This document shows, in pieces, positions 14,100 to 26,480 of a DNA stretch of 64,000 bases. The translations under genes were made by a program, and so were the position numbers. The DNA comes from Octopus sinensis (lineage: Eukaryota), in the NCBI RefSeq assembly GCF_006345805.1, contig NC_043008.1, positions 49,538,001 to 49,602,000 of the forward strand. The letters are read 5' to 3'. The notes beneath the pieces are model-generated. The model ran no database searches and was not told where the DNA came from. It was given only the letters and a program-made list of their open reading frames with translations. The number at the start of each line of letters is the position of its first letter. Positions within the stretch are counted from its first letter, which is position 1.

Positions 14100-14541
14100 T
14101 GTAGCAAACAGTTACCAGCTTTCTAAGCTAGGATCCAAAACCAAATCCATATGAGCCATCGGCCTATTGTTTTAGCCTGTTTCCCTAAGAAATCTACGAG
14201 AATAAACTGATCTCTTCATCTTTTGCCTTCATTGATCAAAGCTGGTTTGAGAGAAATTCTTTTGCTTGATTTAAGTCAGTTATGAAGACTATAAATGCAT
14301 AAAGTCAAATAGTTTTCTTTCTTCTTGGTTCGACTGGTCTCCGCTTAAAGAGCAGCTCTCAGTTTGCTGATCAATGTGTGAAAGTAGATTTATTCCCTTT
14401 TCTATCTATCTACATTCCTTTTACCCTGTCTCTCTTTCGTAGTCACACAGAGACGAAGCTGACACCCACAATGGACTGGAGAGCTACGAATAACTTGTCT
14501 ACACACAAACAACAATAACAAGTTATTTCTATATTGCAACA
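14100..14541 (+). mobile_element. Possible solo LTR
   Basis: TGTAGCAA...TTGCAACA inverted ends and internal TATAAAT; no TSD seen. Confidence 0.3.
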
Positions 14542-14914
14542 ACTGACATTATAATCTATCTTATTAAGTGATTATCTTAACAAGCAATTAATATTTATTT
14601 TGTTCAATACGATGCATCGATACACATTGATTTTTATACTTGGTAAACAGCCGGCTCAAGAACTACACGCCTTCTACACAAAATGCTGCTAAAACTGGAT
14701 CTCATATATTGTCATTACAGGTGAGAGAGTGCACATTGCTGGGGAACAAAAAAAAAACTGCTGCTGTTTCTGTCTCTCATACAGAAGTCATTTCATTGAA
14801 TTAAAGTGAAACAAATGTGTAACGAATAAAATCTACAAGCTATAGGAAGATTGAAAATACATTCGTTTCTTTTCTTTTAAGACGTTTCTCAACAATATAT
14901 TTAAGTGATGTAAA

Positions 14915-15300
14915 GGCGGCGAGCTGGCAGAAACGTTAACACGCCGGGCGGAATGCGTAGCCGTATTTCGTCTGTCGTTACGTTCTGAGTTCAAATAACG
15001 CCGAGGTCGACTTTGCCTTTCGGGGTCGATAAATTAAGTACCAGTTACGCACTGGGGTCGATGTAATCGACTTAATCCCTTTGTCTGTCCCCTCTGTGTT
15101 TAGCCCCTTGTGGGTAGTAAAGAAATAGGCATTTAGTCTGACGTTACGTTCTGAGTTCAAATTCCGCCGAGGTCGACTTTGCCTTTCATCCTTTCGGGGT
15201 CGATAAATTAAGTACCAGTTACGGACTGGGGTCGATGTAATCGACTTAATCCGTTTGTCTGTCCCCTCTGTGTTCAGCCCTTGTGGGTTGTAAAGAAATA
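14915..15300 (+). mobile_element. SINE family A (head GGCGGCGAGCTGGCAGAA), tandem dimer; other copies ~9000-9300(-), 25547-25750, 26902-27315, 29168-29385, 43295-43425, 50270-50466(-), 54517-54905, 57640-57790(-), 60719-61175, 61575-61855(-)
   Basis: Recurrent sequence with B-box-like GAGTTCAAATTCC and shared GTCGACTTTGCCTTTCATCCTTTCGGGGTCGAT core. Confidence 0.85.
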
Positions 15301-15320
15301 TATGTTATGTACAATTCTGA

Positions 15321-15490
15321 GAGTTATTTCCCCTTAGAGCGAAGGGAAGTAACTCAAATGGTGTTGCAGTCCTCGCCACTTCCTCCCACGCCAGCGAAAC
15401 TTCCGGCATGTGCTGGACGTTTATTTGTTTTTTTGAAACCTTCTTAAATTGATTTCTGTAATTAACCACAAAATCAGCTGCAATGTACGT
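15321..15490 (+). promoter_or_regulatory. Probable PIGO promoter and non-coding first exon
   Basis: CpG-rich patch with two ETS-like ACTTCC motifs (one ACTTCCGG) and CCACGCC; candidate donor GTACGT ~15485; acceptor TTCTTATATTCAG ending 15944 ahead of the ATG exon. Confidence 0.45.
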
Positions 15491-15998
15491 CAGTGAGCAT
15501 CTCCCTACAATGAAGAACAGTTAACTAGTTTCCTCTACAAGAAACCAGTAATTCCTATGTTTCTCTTTCCATCCTTAATTAATGTCCATTCTATAATGTT
15601 TCCAAAGGCGACGACGTTCACCGACGAATTCCCCTGGAATTCCTCACATGTTTCTCGCTATTTTTTCATGCACAGGCTATGACATTTAGCTGTAATTACC
15701 CAGCAGATTATACACCAATTAGCTCTTTTATATTGTTGTGAATTTGGATCATTTTTCAAAATTATTCGTTAATTTAGAAATCATTAAACAATACATTCAT
15801 TTAACACACTTCGGATGTGTATTAGTTTGCCGGTCTTAACCAGATGGACACTTAAACCACTTCTAAGTTATTTCACACACCATATACTGATTATTTATTA
15901 AGTTTAGTTATATATTTATTGCCAGCCCACATTCTTATATTCAGGTTTTAGCTGTGACAGACATCAGACCGGTTGATTGGGTTTGCGTCTTCAACAAA

Positions 15999-16759
15999 AT
16001 GATTCTTGGCATGTGTCGTCTGTTTTTCCTTCTGTTGGTCTTAACATTTCTTTATGCGTTAGCCGTCTATATATTTGCTCAGGGTTTTCTCCTGAAACGT
16101 ACCGTATTACCAGAGAAAAGTCAATGCGATGTCAACTTTGCGACTGTTTTGGAAAGACACGGAGAGCAGGGATGCTGGATGCACGGACGTTTTCGACGAG
16201 CAATCATCATCATCATCGATGGCTTGCGGTATGATTTCCTCGTCCCCAATAATACAGCTAAAACAAATATGTTGCCTTATATTAACAAATTAACAGTTGT
16301 ACACGATAAATATAACCAAGAGAAAGATCGTGCCATGTTGTATAAATTTATAGCTGACCCTCCTACAACGACCATGCAACGACTGGCTGGACTTACGACC
16401 GGTAGCCTTCCTACATTCATCGAAGCTGGATCGAATTTCCGTTCTACTGAAATTACAGAAGATAACATCATCGATCAGTTAGTTGCTCAGAAGAAGAAGA
16501 TCAAATTCCTCGGAGATGATACATGGATGGGACTTTTTCCCGGGAGGTTTACTAAATCGTTTGCATTTCCTTCTTTCAATGTTAAAGATTTACACAGTGT
16601 AGATAATGGGATTATAAGTCATCTCTCATCAGAGCTTGTCAAGTCCGACTGGCATGTTTCGATTGCTCATTTCCTTGGTGTTGACCACTGCGGACATCGT
16701 TTTGGACCAAACCACACTACTATGGCCGAGAAACTATCACAAATGAACGAAATGCTTGA
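15999..16759 (+). CDS. PIGO: GPI ethanolamine phosphate transferase 3, coding exon 1
   Basis: N-terminal TM then GFLLKR, IIIIDGLRYDF, ADPPTTTMQRL.GLTTGSLPTFIEAGSNF, FLGDDTW..LFP, SFNVKDLHSVDN, HFLGVDHCGH; aaaATG 15999; GA|GTAAGA donor, phase 2. Confidence 0.95.
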
Positions 16760-17488
16760 GTAAGAAGCTCTTATTACTTCTTGGCATGGTCTCTTCTTTC
16801 TTATCTTCCCTTTTTTTTTTAAACAACTTAACTGCATGTGTCATCAGCACACACACATACACAAGCATGCATATACATACATTCATACATACATACATAC
16901 ACAAGCATGCATATACATACATACTCACACATACACACACACACAAGCATGCATATACATACATACTCACACATACACTCACACACACACAGCCCAATAA
17001 TAATAATGCTGTTATGTTGTTGAAACTGCCAGAAATAGCAGCTATATTTTCCTCATATCAAAACCCTAAAGTACAAAGGTAAATAGTGTAGTCCCGTACG
17101 CAGACTGTCTGACAAGAATGTGGAACAGTGTTCGTTTTTCTTGCTTTGTCAAAGAGAGTAGGGCAGTGCTTCCGATCCCACCTTTTATTTTGTGGGGCCT
17201 CAGAGATTTGTTGGCAGCAGGAAGGACGCATCTTCAGCCTAGAAATTTGGACTGAATGATTGCAACAGAGGACCAAATGGTGGTATTAAATTGCTGATGG
17301 TTTAAGTTGACTGGGTTCCATGACTTTAATCACAAGTCTTCTAAACCAGTTTTTGGTCTGAAGCTAAAAAATAACAGCAACAGACAGACATATATACACA
17401 TTGAAAAACAAAATCTATATTTCTCTCTCTCTGTCCTTCTCCATATATTTATATACACACACACAACAAATTATATATATATAAAACA

Positions 17489-17691
17489 GAAAAAAGAGAT
17501 GACAAAGGAATAAATGGTTATCCTATGAGCTTCATTAGCTTAAAGCTGTTTCCACTATAAGATGCTGTTGACTCACAGTTGGGTGCCTGAGTAACACTTT
17601 GTAGCTTCATCAGAGCCTCAACCATGAAGTGCTCTGATGAAGCTAATGAGGTTCATAAGATAATCACTTATTCCTTTGTCATCTCTTTTTC
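17489..17691. repeat. Nested inverted repeat with decayed hammerhead (17538-17616, minus)
   Basis: Outer arms 17489-17541 / 17640-17691; inner AGCTTCATCAGAGC / GCTCTGATGAAGCT; gct-CTGATGA...GAAAcagcttta-agc. Confidence 0.6.
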
Positions 17692-17782
17692 TTATTACCA
17701 TTGTACTCTAATAACACTTTGTTTTGAAACATATTTAGATTGAGTTCGATGCCAGGTTATTAGTACTACAATGACTAGGCAA

Positions 17783-18160
17783 TCATCATCATCATCATCA
17801 TTTAGCGTCCGCTTTCCATGCTAGCATGGGTTGGACGGTTCAACTGGGGTCTGTGAAGCCAGAAGGCTGCATCAGGCCCAGTCTGATCTGGCAGTGTTTC
17901 TACGGCTGGATGCCCTTCCTAACGCCAACCACTCCGTGAGTGTAGTGGGTGCTTTTTACATGCCACCCGCACAGGTGCCAGACGGAGCTTGCAAATGGCC
18001 ACAGACGGATGGTGCTTTTTATGTGCCAGGCAAAGCTGGCAACGGCCACGAATGGATGGTGCTTTTTATGTACCACCGGCACGGAGGCCAGTCAGGGCAG
18101 CGCTGGCAATGGCCACGATCGGATGGTTCGCTTACTTGTCACCAGCACTGGTATTACAGT
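17783..18160 (-). mobile_element. RTE-family 3'-end copy in PIGO intron 1; other copies ~25830-26058, 26200-26418, 28565-28715, 34880-35146, 35925-36100, 4883-5060
   Basis: Near-identical to the 3' UTR/tail of the 47385 element. Confidence 0.8.
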
Positions 18161-18202
18161 TGCATATATATATATAAAATAATAATAATAGTATATATAT
18201 AT

Positions 18203-18390
18203 ATATAGTATTTTATAAGCGGTCACCGTGCAATGACTAAAGAAAATAGTGTGATGATGGGGCATATAAGCCCTTGATGGAAAACCTACTTTTTGTCTGA
18301 TGAGGGCCTACATGCCCCAATATTAGACTATTTTCTTTAGTCATTGCATGGCCAGCACTTAGAAGCTTTAAGCTTATAAAATACTATTAT
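18203..18390. repeat. Inverted repeat, probably a Penelope-like palindromic remnant
   Basis: TGCAATGACTAAAGAAAATAGT / ACTATTTTCTTTAGTCATTGCA plus outer arms; CTGATGAG at ~18297 without the GAAA half. Confidence 0.55.
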
Positions 18391-18673
18391 TATTATTTAC
18401 AGAATTGTAAAAATCAACACTGCTTGCCAAAAACCATCGTGTATACATACATACACACACATACTCAATATAAAATAGTGCACATTTAAACACAACAGAA
18501 ACTACCTATAACAGGTAATTTTACATGCTAGAAGTAGCCAAAATGACCAAAACCACCATTGGTTTTGGTCATTACACTATTTTATATTGAGAATATGTTG
18601 TCTATTGAGTTTTTATACATGCTAGGCCACTGGTAGTGAAATTTCTAAAAATATTTGCTCCCCTATATATATT

Positions 18674-18709
<36 letters not shown>

Positions 18710-18711
18710 TG

Positions 18712-19269
18712 GCGTTGGCACGTAAAAGCACCATCCGCTCGTGTCCGTTGCCAGCCTCGCCTGGCCCCCATGCCGGTAGCACGTAAAAGCACCATCCGTT
18801 CGTGTCCGTTGCCAGCCTCGCCTGGCCCCCATGCCGGTAGCACGTAAAAGCACCATCCGCTCGTGTCCGTTGCCAGCCTCGCCTGGCCCCCATGCCGGTA
18901 GCACGTAAAAGCACCATCCGTTCGTGTCTGTTGCCAGCCTCGCCCGGCCCCCGTGCGGGTAGCACGTAAAAGCACCATCCGTTCATGTCTGCTGCCAGCC
19001 TTGCCTGGCCACCTTGCCTGGCCACCGTGCCGGTGGCACGTAAAAACACCATCCGTTCGTGGCCGTTTGCCAGCTCCGTCTGGCACCTGTGCCGGTGGCA
19101 CGTAAAAAGCACCCACTACACTCACGGAGTGGTTGGCGTTAGGAAGGGCATCCAGCTGTAGAAACACTGCCAAATCTGACTGGGCCTGATGAAGCCTTCC
19201 GGCTTCACAGACCCCAGTTAAACCGTCCAACCCATGCTAGCATGGAAAACGGACGCTAAATGATGATGA
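18712..19269 (+). mobile_element. RTE-family 3'-end copy with internal 61-bp tandem array
   Basis: Unit GCACGTAAAAGCACCATCCG...CATGCCGGTA starts at 18718, 18779, 18840, 18901, 18962; ends in AAATGATGATG. Confidence 0.85.
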
Positions 19270-20125
19270 ATACAAAAAATGGGACAAGAATGCAAACATC
19301 CAGACAGATGATACAAAAAAGGGACAGAAAAAAACAAAAATTGGTCATTTGGAGTTTTCTTTCCTCAGTGGAGTTCCAGATTATCTTTGCAATTTTGGCT
19401 GGTTATACTTGAGATTGCTCCAATCTGGCCAGCCCCAAGGAAATACACAGTTATACACACACTTATGGCAGTATTGTACAATGAGGATGAGTGCTCAACA
19501 GCACATTTAGTGGATAAATGTTCTTAATTTGTGGTTTAACAATGGTAAATTTGTAAGTGGATCATTTGAAAATTGTGGAAGTTCTTCCACATGAAACCAT
19601 TGGTAGCATTGTTAATGCATAAATAAAGAATATCTACATTTATTTTGTTTGAGTCAGTCTCTTGCTATTCTGGAGTTTTGCCAATATGTTGATAGGGTCA
19701 TCAGGCATGTCACAACTTGCCTGGAGACTCTGTGGGCCAAAATCCATAGTTGCAAAAGACTAATTCAACCAAACTCTGCTATGGGAATAAGTACTCTTTC
19801 TTCACTCAACTCTATATCATCATTGTCATTCAACATCTACCTTTTCCCACACTTGCATAGCTTAGAAAGAGTTTATTGAGGCAAATTTTACTATGGCTGG
19901 ATGCTCTTCCTGTTGCCAACCTCACCTATTTCCAGGCAAGGTAATATTTGCCATGGCAGAGTGGAGATGAACAACCTTAATTGCACGACAGTAACTCTCA
20001 TTTACAACCATCATATGATGGCAAGACCAGGGTACACATAAGCACACACGTACACACACACACACTTATACATAATATTTGTACACCAAGCATGATGTTA
20101 TTAACTCAAAATTGTTATGTTTCAG

Positions 20126-20282
20126 TTCTGTCATGAAACTGATGAAAGATGATACCATATTGTTTTTGTTTGGAGATCATGGTATGACTGACACAGGCGA
20201 CCATGGCGGTGACAGTAAAGATGAAATAGAGTCTGGTTTATTTATATACAGTCCATCACGTTTAAGATATCCACCATCAAAG
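20126..20282 (+). CDS. PIGO: PIGO coding exon 2
   Basis: TTTCAG acceptor, phase 2 matches exon 1; DDTILFLFGDHGMTDTGDHGGDS metal-binding motif; AAG|GTGAGC donor. Confidence 0.95.
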
Positions 20283-20372
20283 GTGAGCCACGATTTATAC
20301 ATTGGTTTTACTTTACATTAATTCTTTATAATTTTTTTGTGTTTGGCCAGGATGTAAATATTTGTAGACATA

Positions 20373-22105
20373 CACTTGCATCGGAAATTAATTAGCACTT
20401 CTCAAATTTCTACATTTTCTTACATTTTCTTAATTTAATTAACTTATTATCAGAAACAAACTCGTTTTTAATCAAAAATTTATTAAAACATATCCCAGCA
20501 TACCACATAATTGTTATTAATCGTGAAATTTAGTCAATATCTTGTTGCTCCTCCTTTGGCAGCAATGACAGCTGCTACGCGGGTCGGCATGCTGTCTATG
20601 AGTGCCTGCAGGTACTGTGCAGGGATGGCCCCTCATGCAGCAAGAAGTGCCCCAAACAGCTCGTGTCGGTTCCTGTATTGCTGCACATTCAAATCCCTAC
20701 CCAATCGACTCCAGAGGTTCTCAATAGGGTTCAGGTCAGGTGACTGGCCAGGCCAGTCCATGACTGTCACCCCATGGTACTTGAAGAAACCGGTTGTGAG
20801 CTTGGCTGTGTGGGGAGGCGCGTTGTCCTGCTGGAGCATGTACTCCTCGCCACCAAAGAGGTATCCCGCAGAGGGTAGGGCAGCATTCCGTACTATCACA
20901 ACGTACTTTGCTGCGTTGATGTTGCCTTCGACGGCATAGAGCCGCCCAACACCACTGTAGCTGAACGCCCCCCACACCATCAGACCACCCCCACCATGCT
21001 TCATGGTGGGAGCAATGCAGTCTTTGTTGAAGCGCTCACCCCTGCGGCGTCGCACATGGACAGGCTTGTCACTGACGAGACTGAATCGCGACTCGCCAGT
21101 GAACATCACTGTCCGCCACTGCTGCACGGTCCATGTCTTGTGGGCACGGGCCCAGAGCAGCCGCCTCTTCCGGTTTTGGGCTGTAAGGAGCGGCTTACGG
21201 GCGGTCCTACAGGATTTTAGACCAGCTTCCAGTAATCTGGTCTTGACGGTGGTTGTAGACAACTGCTTCCCTGTCACCTTTTGCATCTCCTCCGCCAGTT
21301 GCCGGATCGTTGTCCTTCGGTTGTTCAGTGACTTTCGGATCAGCATCCGGTCCTCCCGCTGGGTTGTCAGCCTCTTCCGTCCCCTACCCTTTTTGTCAGC
21401 TGCTGATCCGGTTTCCTTGTATTTCTTAAATAAGCACTGAATTGTGCGCCTGGCTACACCACGTTTTCTGGCTATTGCAGCCTCCGACAGCTTCCCACGC
21501 CACGAGAGAGCCTCGTACCATCTCTCCAAGGTCATGCGAGGTCTTGGGCCCATCTAGGAATGAACGATAAAAACCAGTTATTTTCATTAAAACTATTCAT
21601 TTGAATAATGTTATGCTATAACAAAACTGCTATGAGTTATTATTCATTAAACAAAAAAGAAAGGAAGCAGAATTTCTCACTTTATTTGATGTATAACAGA
21701 AAGTTTTGTGAACTGGAAGTGACGTCACCAAGCAGAGTGTAGGAGAATTTGTGAGGAAAAAAAATCTTGCAAATACACAAATCAATTAACCTACGAGCTG
21801 TTCAAAACGTCTTACGCGATGAGAAAACTTAGTACGGTGTGATTTCGGTCCTTGCGAGGCGCTACCTATATCTATTAAACAAAGGAAGATTTGTCTGCAT
21901 CCGCACTCCAAGTTGTTGTTGCACTGCTATGTCAACATCATTAGGCTGTAGACTCTCAAACCGCTCTGCAAACAAAGTTATGTCATCGTTCTGCGCAACA
22001 GTGAACTCGCAACAAAGCAATAGTTTGAGATATGGCCACTAGGTGACAGCACATACCTTGAGTGAAGAGCAAATCAAGGGTGCGTATTAATTTCCGACGG
22101 TAGTG
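20373..22105 (-). mobile_element. Full-length Tc1-family (DD34E) DNA transposon in PIGO intron 2
   Basis: 26-bp imperfect TIRs CACTTGCATCGGAAATTAATTAGCAC / CACTACCGTCGGAAATTAATACGCAC (21/26), TA on both sides (20371-72, 22106-07), internal transposase. Confidence 0.95.
20534..21553 (-). pseudogene. Inactivated Tc1 transposase
   Basis: HTH region, GRGRKR, RKPLLT, QQDNAPPH..WPGQSPDLNPIENLW (D34E); first catalytic Asp reads FTGESRF; TGA at 20633-35 replaces a conserved Trp and the frame continues GAIP..LIDSMPTRVAAVIAAKGGATRY* to 20534. Confidence 0.9.
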
Positions 22106-23598
22106 TAGCTAACACATACTTTGCTTCCTTTACTTCTAATTCTGCACAGGCACAGGAGTGGCTGTGTGGTAAGTGGCTTGCTTACTAACCACATGGTTCT
22201 GGGTTCAGTTTTACTGCATGGAACCTTGGGCAAGTGTCTTCTGCTATAGCCTCAGGCCGACGAAAGCCTTGTAAGTGGATTTGGTAGATGGAAACTGAAA
22301 GAAGCCCGTCGTATATATGTATAAATATGTGTTGGTGTGTCTGTGTTTGTCCCTGCACCATTGCTTGACAACTGATGTTGGTGTGTTTATGTCTCCGTAA
22401 CTTAGTGGCTCGACAGAAGAGACTGATGGAATAAGTCCTGGGGTCAATTTGTTTGATTAAAAGTGGTGCTCCAGCATGGCCGTAATCAAATGACTGAAAC
22501 AAATAAAAGAATACAAACTCATTAATTGTATTTGCCTTTTTGTAAGCTTCTTTGAGCCCAACAAAATAACCAATCTGGACTGTGTCCCTTCTGTCAACCT
22601 CAGACAATTAGATCCCAAGTTCTTGTATACATTAAACCTAATGGTTAGGACAGTCATCTCATGATTGGAAGGTGGTGAGTTCAATTCACAGCGATGCATT
22701 GTGTCCTTAAGCAAGACACTTTATTTCACATTGCTCCAGTCCACTCAGCTGGCAAAAATGAGTTGTACCTGTAATTAAATAAGGGCCAGCCTTATCATCT
22801 TCTGTGTTATGCTGAATCTCTCTGAGAATTATGTTAAGGATACACTTGTCTGTGGAGAGCTCAACCACTTGCACATTGATTTCACAAGCTGACTGTTCTG
22901 TTGATCGGATCAGCTGTAACCGTCAGCGTTGTAACTGATGGAATGCCACGTTAACCTCATCAACCTTTCCTCTTCACCTACATATTACTGGACCTTTTAC
23001 TCACCTCGTCCTTCACCGTTGACAGATTGTCTCCCTATTTGCAAACTACCTCTACTATTCCCACATAAAATGATTTTGATGGAAACAAAATTTTTGCCCA
23101 TGACATTGGCAAATCATTTGTATATCTCTTGATCTGCGGTTCTCAACTGCGGCTCACAGGGCTACATGCGGCCCACAAACATCCTTCTGGCATGGGTGGG
23201 ACTATATACACACACAATGGACTTCTTTCAGTTTCCATCTACCAAATCCATTGACAAGGTTTTGGCCCATCCTGGGATTATAGAAGACTTGTACAAGGTA
23301 CTACCCAGTGGGATTCAACCCCAAAACCATCTAGATGGGGGGGGGGGACTTCTTAAGCGCACAGTCATTCATGCATAAAACAAGAAGTTCCTGGAAATCT
23401 CTAATAAAGATGCAACAAACTTTTAATTATTTCATGGCAGGAGTATAGACATGATTGTGGTTTCCATAGAAACTGATGTAGAAAAAGAGATGATGATGAT
23501 ATCAATAATAGTAATAATACCGATAATAATTATGATGATGATGATGATATTTTAAAAGTATAAATACTAATTTTTATTTTTTACAATTCTATTTCCAG

Positions 23599-25354
23599 AC
23601 TTCACCTTCGGCAATTCCAAGCATCGCTCAAATTGACATTGTTCCAACTCTGTCTCTCCTGTTAGGTGTTCCGATTCCTTTCTCAAATGTTGGGATGATC
23701 ATTAATGAGCTCTTCTCTTTCTGCCCGTGGTGGGATACTTATAGTGATGCCAAACAGCTCTACCACAACATAAAAGCACTTCGACTGAATGCACACCAAC
23801 TCGACCAATATTCTCAGATTTATTCACAAACCTCTGGAGAACCGCTGCTAAAAAACAAGTTTCTACAGCTTCACCAAAAGTTTGAGAAAGCAGAAAAAGA
23901 ATTCAGCCAATTTGTAACAGAAATGGTGAAATCTCAAGACATGGCTTCTGACAGTAAATGGTTGGCACGTCTAAAAAATAATTATGTCACATTTATTTCT
24001 GAAACTAAAGAGATGTGCCAAGATTCTTGGGCAAAGTTTGACACCACACAGATTCTTCTTGGCTTATTTCTTATGTTTTTTGCCATTTTTGTAAATATCT
24101 ATTTCTTAAAACTATCTTTTGTCAGAGATACTTCTTACCCCAAATCTGTCATCTTTCTGCTGGTTGCCATATTTATAATTTCTATTTTATGCATTCTTCA
24201 ATCTCTATATTTCAAAGACAGTTCTGTGTTGAATATTCCTTCCATAATGATTATATTTGATGTTGCTATTCTTGCACCGGTCATTTACTTAGTTATCACT
24301 AAAAGCAAACTCCCTACTCTGTCTTCTCTCAAAAAAACATTCAGTCTGCGTAAATACGATCTCGTCACTAACTGTTCCTGTTTAACGACCATTATCTATA
24401 TTGCTGCCTTCTTTTCTAACAGTTACGTTGTTTATGAGGATTGTGTTGTTACATTTTTAATTCTTACTCACCTCTGTTGTTACTTTGTCCAACTCTTGAG
24501 AAAAATACTCCATGACAAGACGGCCCATCATCGAGATGGACCGAGTAAGCGCAGTAAATCTGTGAGCAAGTTTGACATTGGTTACATCTTCATCCATCCA
24601 GCATTCATTATCTTTCTTCTAGTTTTACTGTTCTGTCTTGTCTTGAGATTCTCCGTATCTTTCCGCACGTGTCGTGAAGAGCAATGGACTTGTATTCATT
24701 CAATATTTACTTTCCCCCTGTCGAACCTTTCAGACAGCGGAAGCAAAAATTTACGTTATTTTTTCAGTGTTGCTTGTATAATTACTGTCATTGTTGTATC
24801 TCATCAGTGGTTACGTTTCTATGGAAACCTAAACAGCAACATAACCACTGTCTTATTTTATAAATATGGATTCCCAGCTGCAACCTTTTGTATTGGATTA
24901 CATTGGGCTGTTCAAGGTCTCCCAGCCAAAGAACTGGACAGTCTACCCTACATACAACATGTCTTTCTGGCAAGATTGGCTTATGCACTCCTCATATTAT
25001 CTATGTTGTCTTTTATAATCAGCCCATTATGCGTTCATCTTGTACAAACCAACAGGAAGCGGTTGAGTATTCCTTCGTGGCGCTCTTCTGTTACTGAGAT
25101 AATTCCGGAAGTTTTCAAACAGTTACATAAAAACTGGGGGGAAGAAAAAGAAGAAAACTCTGAAAAGCCTGTAATTGCCTGTGGCCTGGGGACGGTCCAG
25201 ACTGCCTCCAGCGTTTACTGCGTGACCATGTGCTCTTTATTAGTGAGTTTGTTACTTGGTGATGGTATGACCCCGAGTATATTACTGGCTTTAATCCTCA
25301 TTTGCATTTTCCTAGAGCTACATTCCATGTTTTACCACACATCAGTAAAGTTAG
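23599..25354 (+). CDS. PIGO: PIGO coding exon 3 (large, multi-TM)
   Basis: TTTCCAG acceptor; QIDIVPTLSLLLGVPIPFSNVG, WAKFD, FSNSYVVYE, CREEQ motifs; G|GTAAGT donor, phase 1. Confidence 0.95.
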
Positions 25355-25425
25355 GTAAGTTCATTTTGAAAACATTTTCTTTTATATTATTTTGCAAAAA
25401 AAGAATATTAAAAAACATACAAGAA

Positions 25426-25507
25426 ATCATCCTCACCATTATCATTGTCATCATCATCATCATTGTCGTCGTCACCACCATCATCATCATTGTCACCACC
25501 ACCACCG

Positions 25508-25540
<33 letters not shown>
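25426..25540. repeat. (CAT/CAC/CGT)n trinucleotide tract at the start of PIGO intron 3
   Basis: Directly visible. Confidence 0.9.
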
Positions 25541-26480
25541 GCATTAAGGTAGTGAGATAGCAGAAACGTTAGCATGACTGGAAAAATGTTTAATGGCATT
25601 TTATTCATCTTCATGTTCTGAGTTCAAATTCCGCCGAGGTCAACTTTGCCTTTTGTCCTTTCGAGGTCAATGAAATAAAGTACCAGTTGATGTGATTGGC
25701 TTACCACCCCAACTACTCCAGAATTGCTGGCCTTGTGCTAAAATTTAAAACCTCTCTTCTTACTTTAAACTCTCTACACCTGGCGCCACAAAGCCACCTC
25801 CCTCGATTCCACACCCCCTACACAGTCGAAGGATCTTGTCTTGCAAGTTACTTGGTGACCTCCCTAGTGCAGGTGCCATGAAAAAAGCACCCCGTATGCA
25901 CAGTAAAGTGGTTGGCATAAGGAAGGGCCTCCAGCAATGGAAATCTTACCAAAGCAGACAGAGCTTGGTGTAGCCTCCTCCCCAGTTCTTTGAATCTTGT
26001 TGAACTGTCCAACCCATGCCAGCATGGAATACAGATGTTAAATGATGACGATGACGATTGGTTAATTTTTCTTCAACAATAATGTTCCTTTTGAGTATTT
26101 AGCCTCACGGAGGCAATGACCAACATGTTTGGCATTATGTGGTGCTTGAGAAGAAGATCCATCAAGCCGAACAAAATCGCATTTGTGGTAGATACTGGTG
26201 TCACGCAAATGGCACCTGTACTGGTGGCACATAAAAAGCTCCCCATTACACTCTTGGAGTGGTTGGCATAAGGAAGAGCATCCAACTGTAGAAAAATATG
26301 TCAAATCAGATTGGAGCCTGGTGCAGCTGTCCAGCCTTACCAGCCTTGGTCAAACTGTCCAACCCATGCCAGCATGGACCACGAACGTTAAGTTATGATG
26401 GTGATGATGATGATGATGAATAATGTCTGCCAAGTTTGTCAGCCTTATGTAAAAATTCTTTTGTTTTGTTGTTTTGCCAG

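Noticed and set aside
15954-15998. GTG start given by the ORF track for PIGO
   Set aside because: Bacterial-style start call; the in-frame aaaATG at 15999 gives the expected N-terminal TM and length
18602-19230. Repetitive ORFs and CRISPR-like periodicity
   Set aside because: Head-to-tail 61-bp units without unique spacers inside a LINE 3' UTR; no cas genes; eukaryotic context
20633-20635. In-frame TGA in the transposase as selenocysteine or programmed read-through
   Set aside because: Position corresponds to a conserved Trp (TGG>TGA), the catalytic Asp is also lost, and no SECIS was recognised
25355-25560. Poly-Ile hydrophobic extension of the 621-aa ORF
   Set aside because: Read-through past a strong GTAAGT donor into a (CAT)n tract; the conserved PIGO frame resumes at 26481
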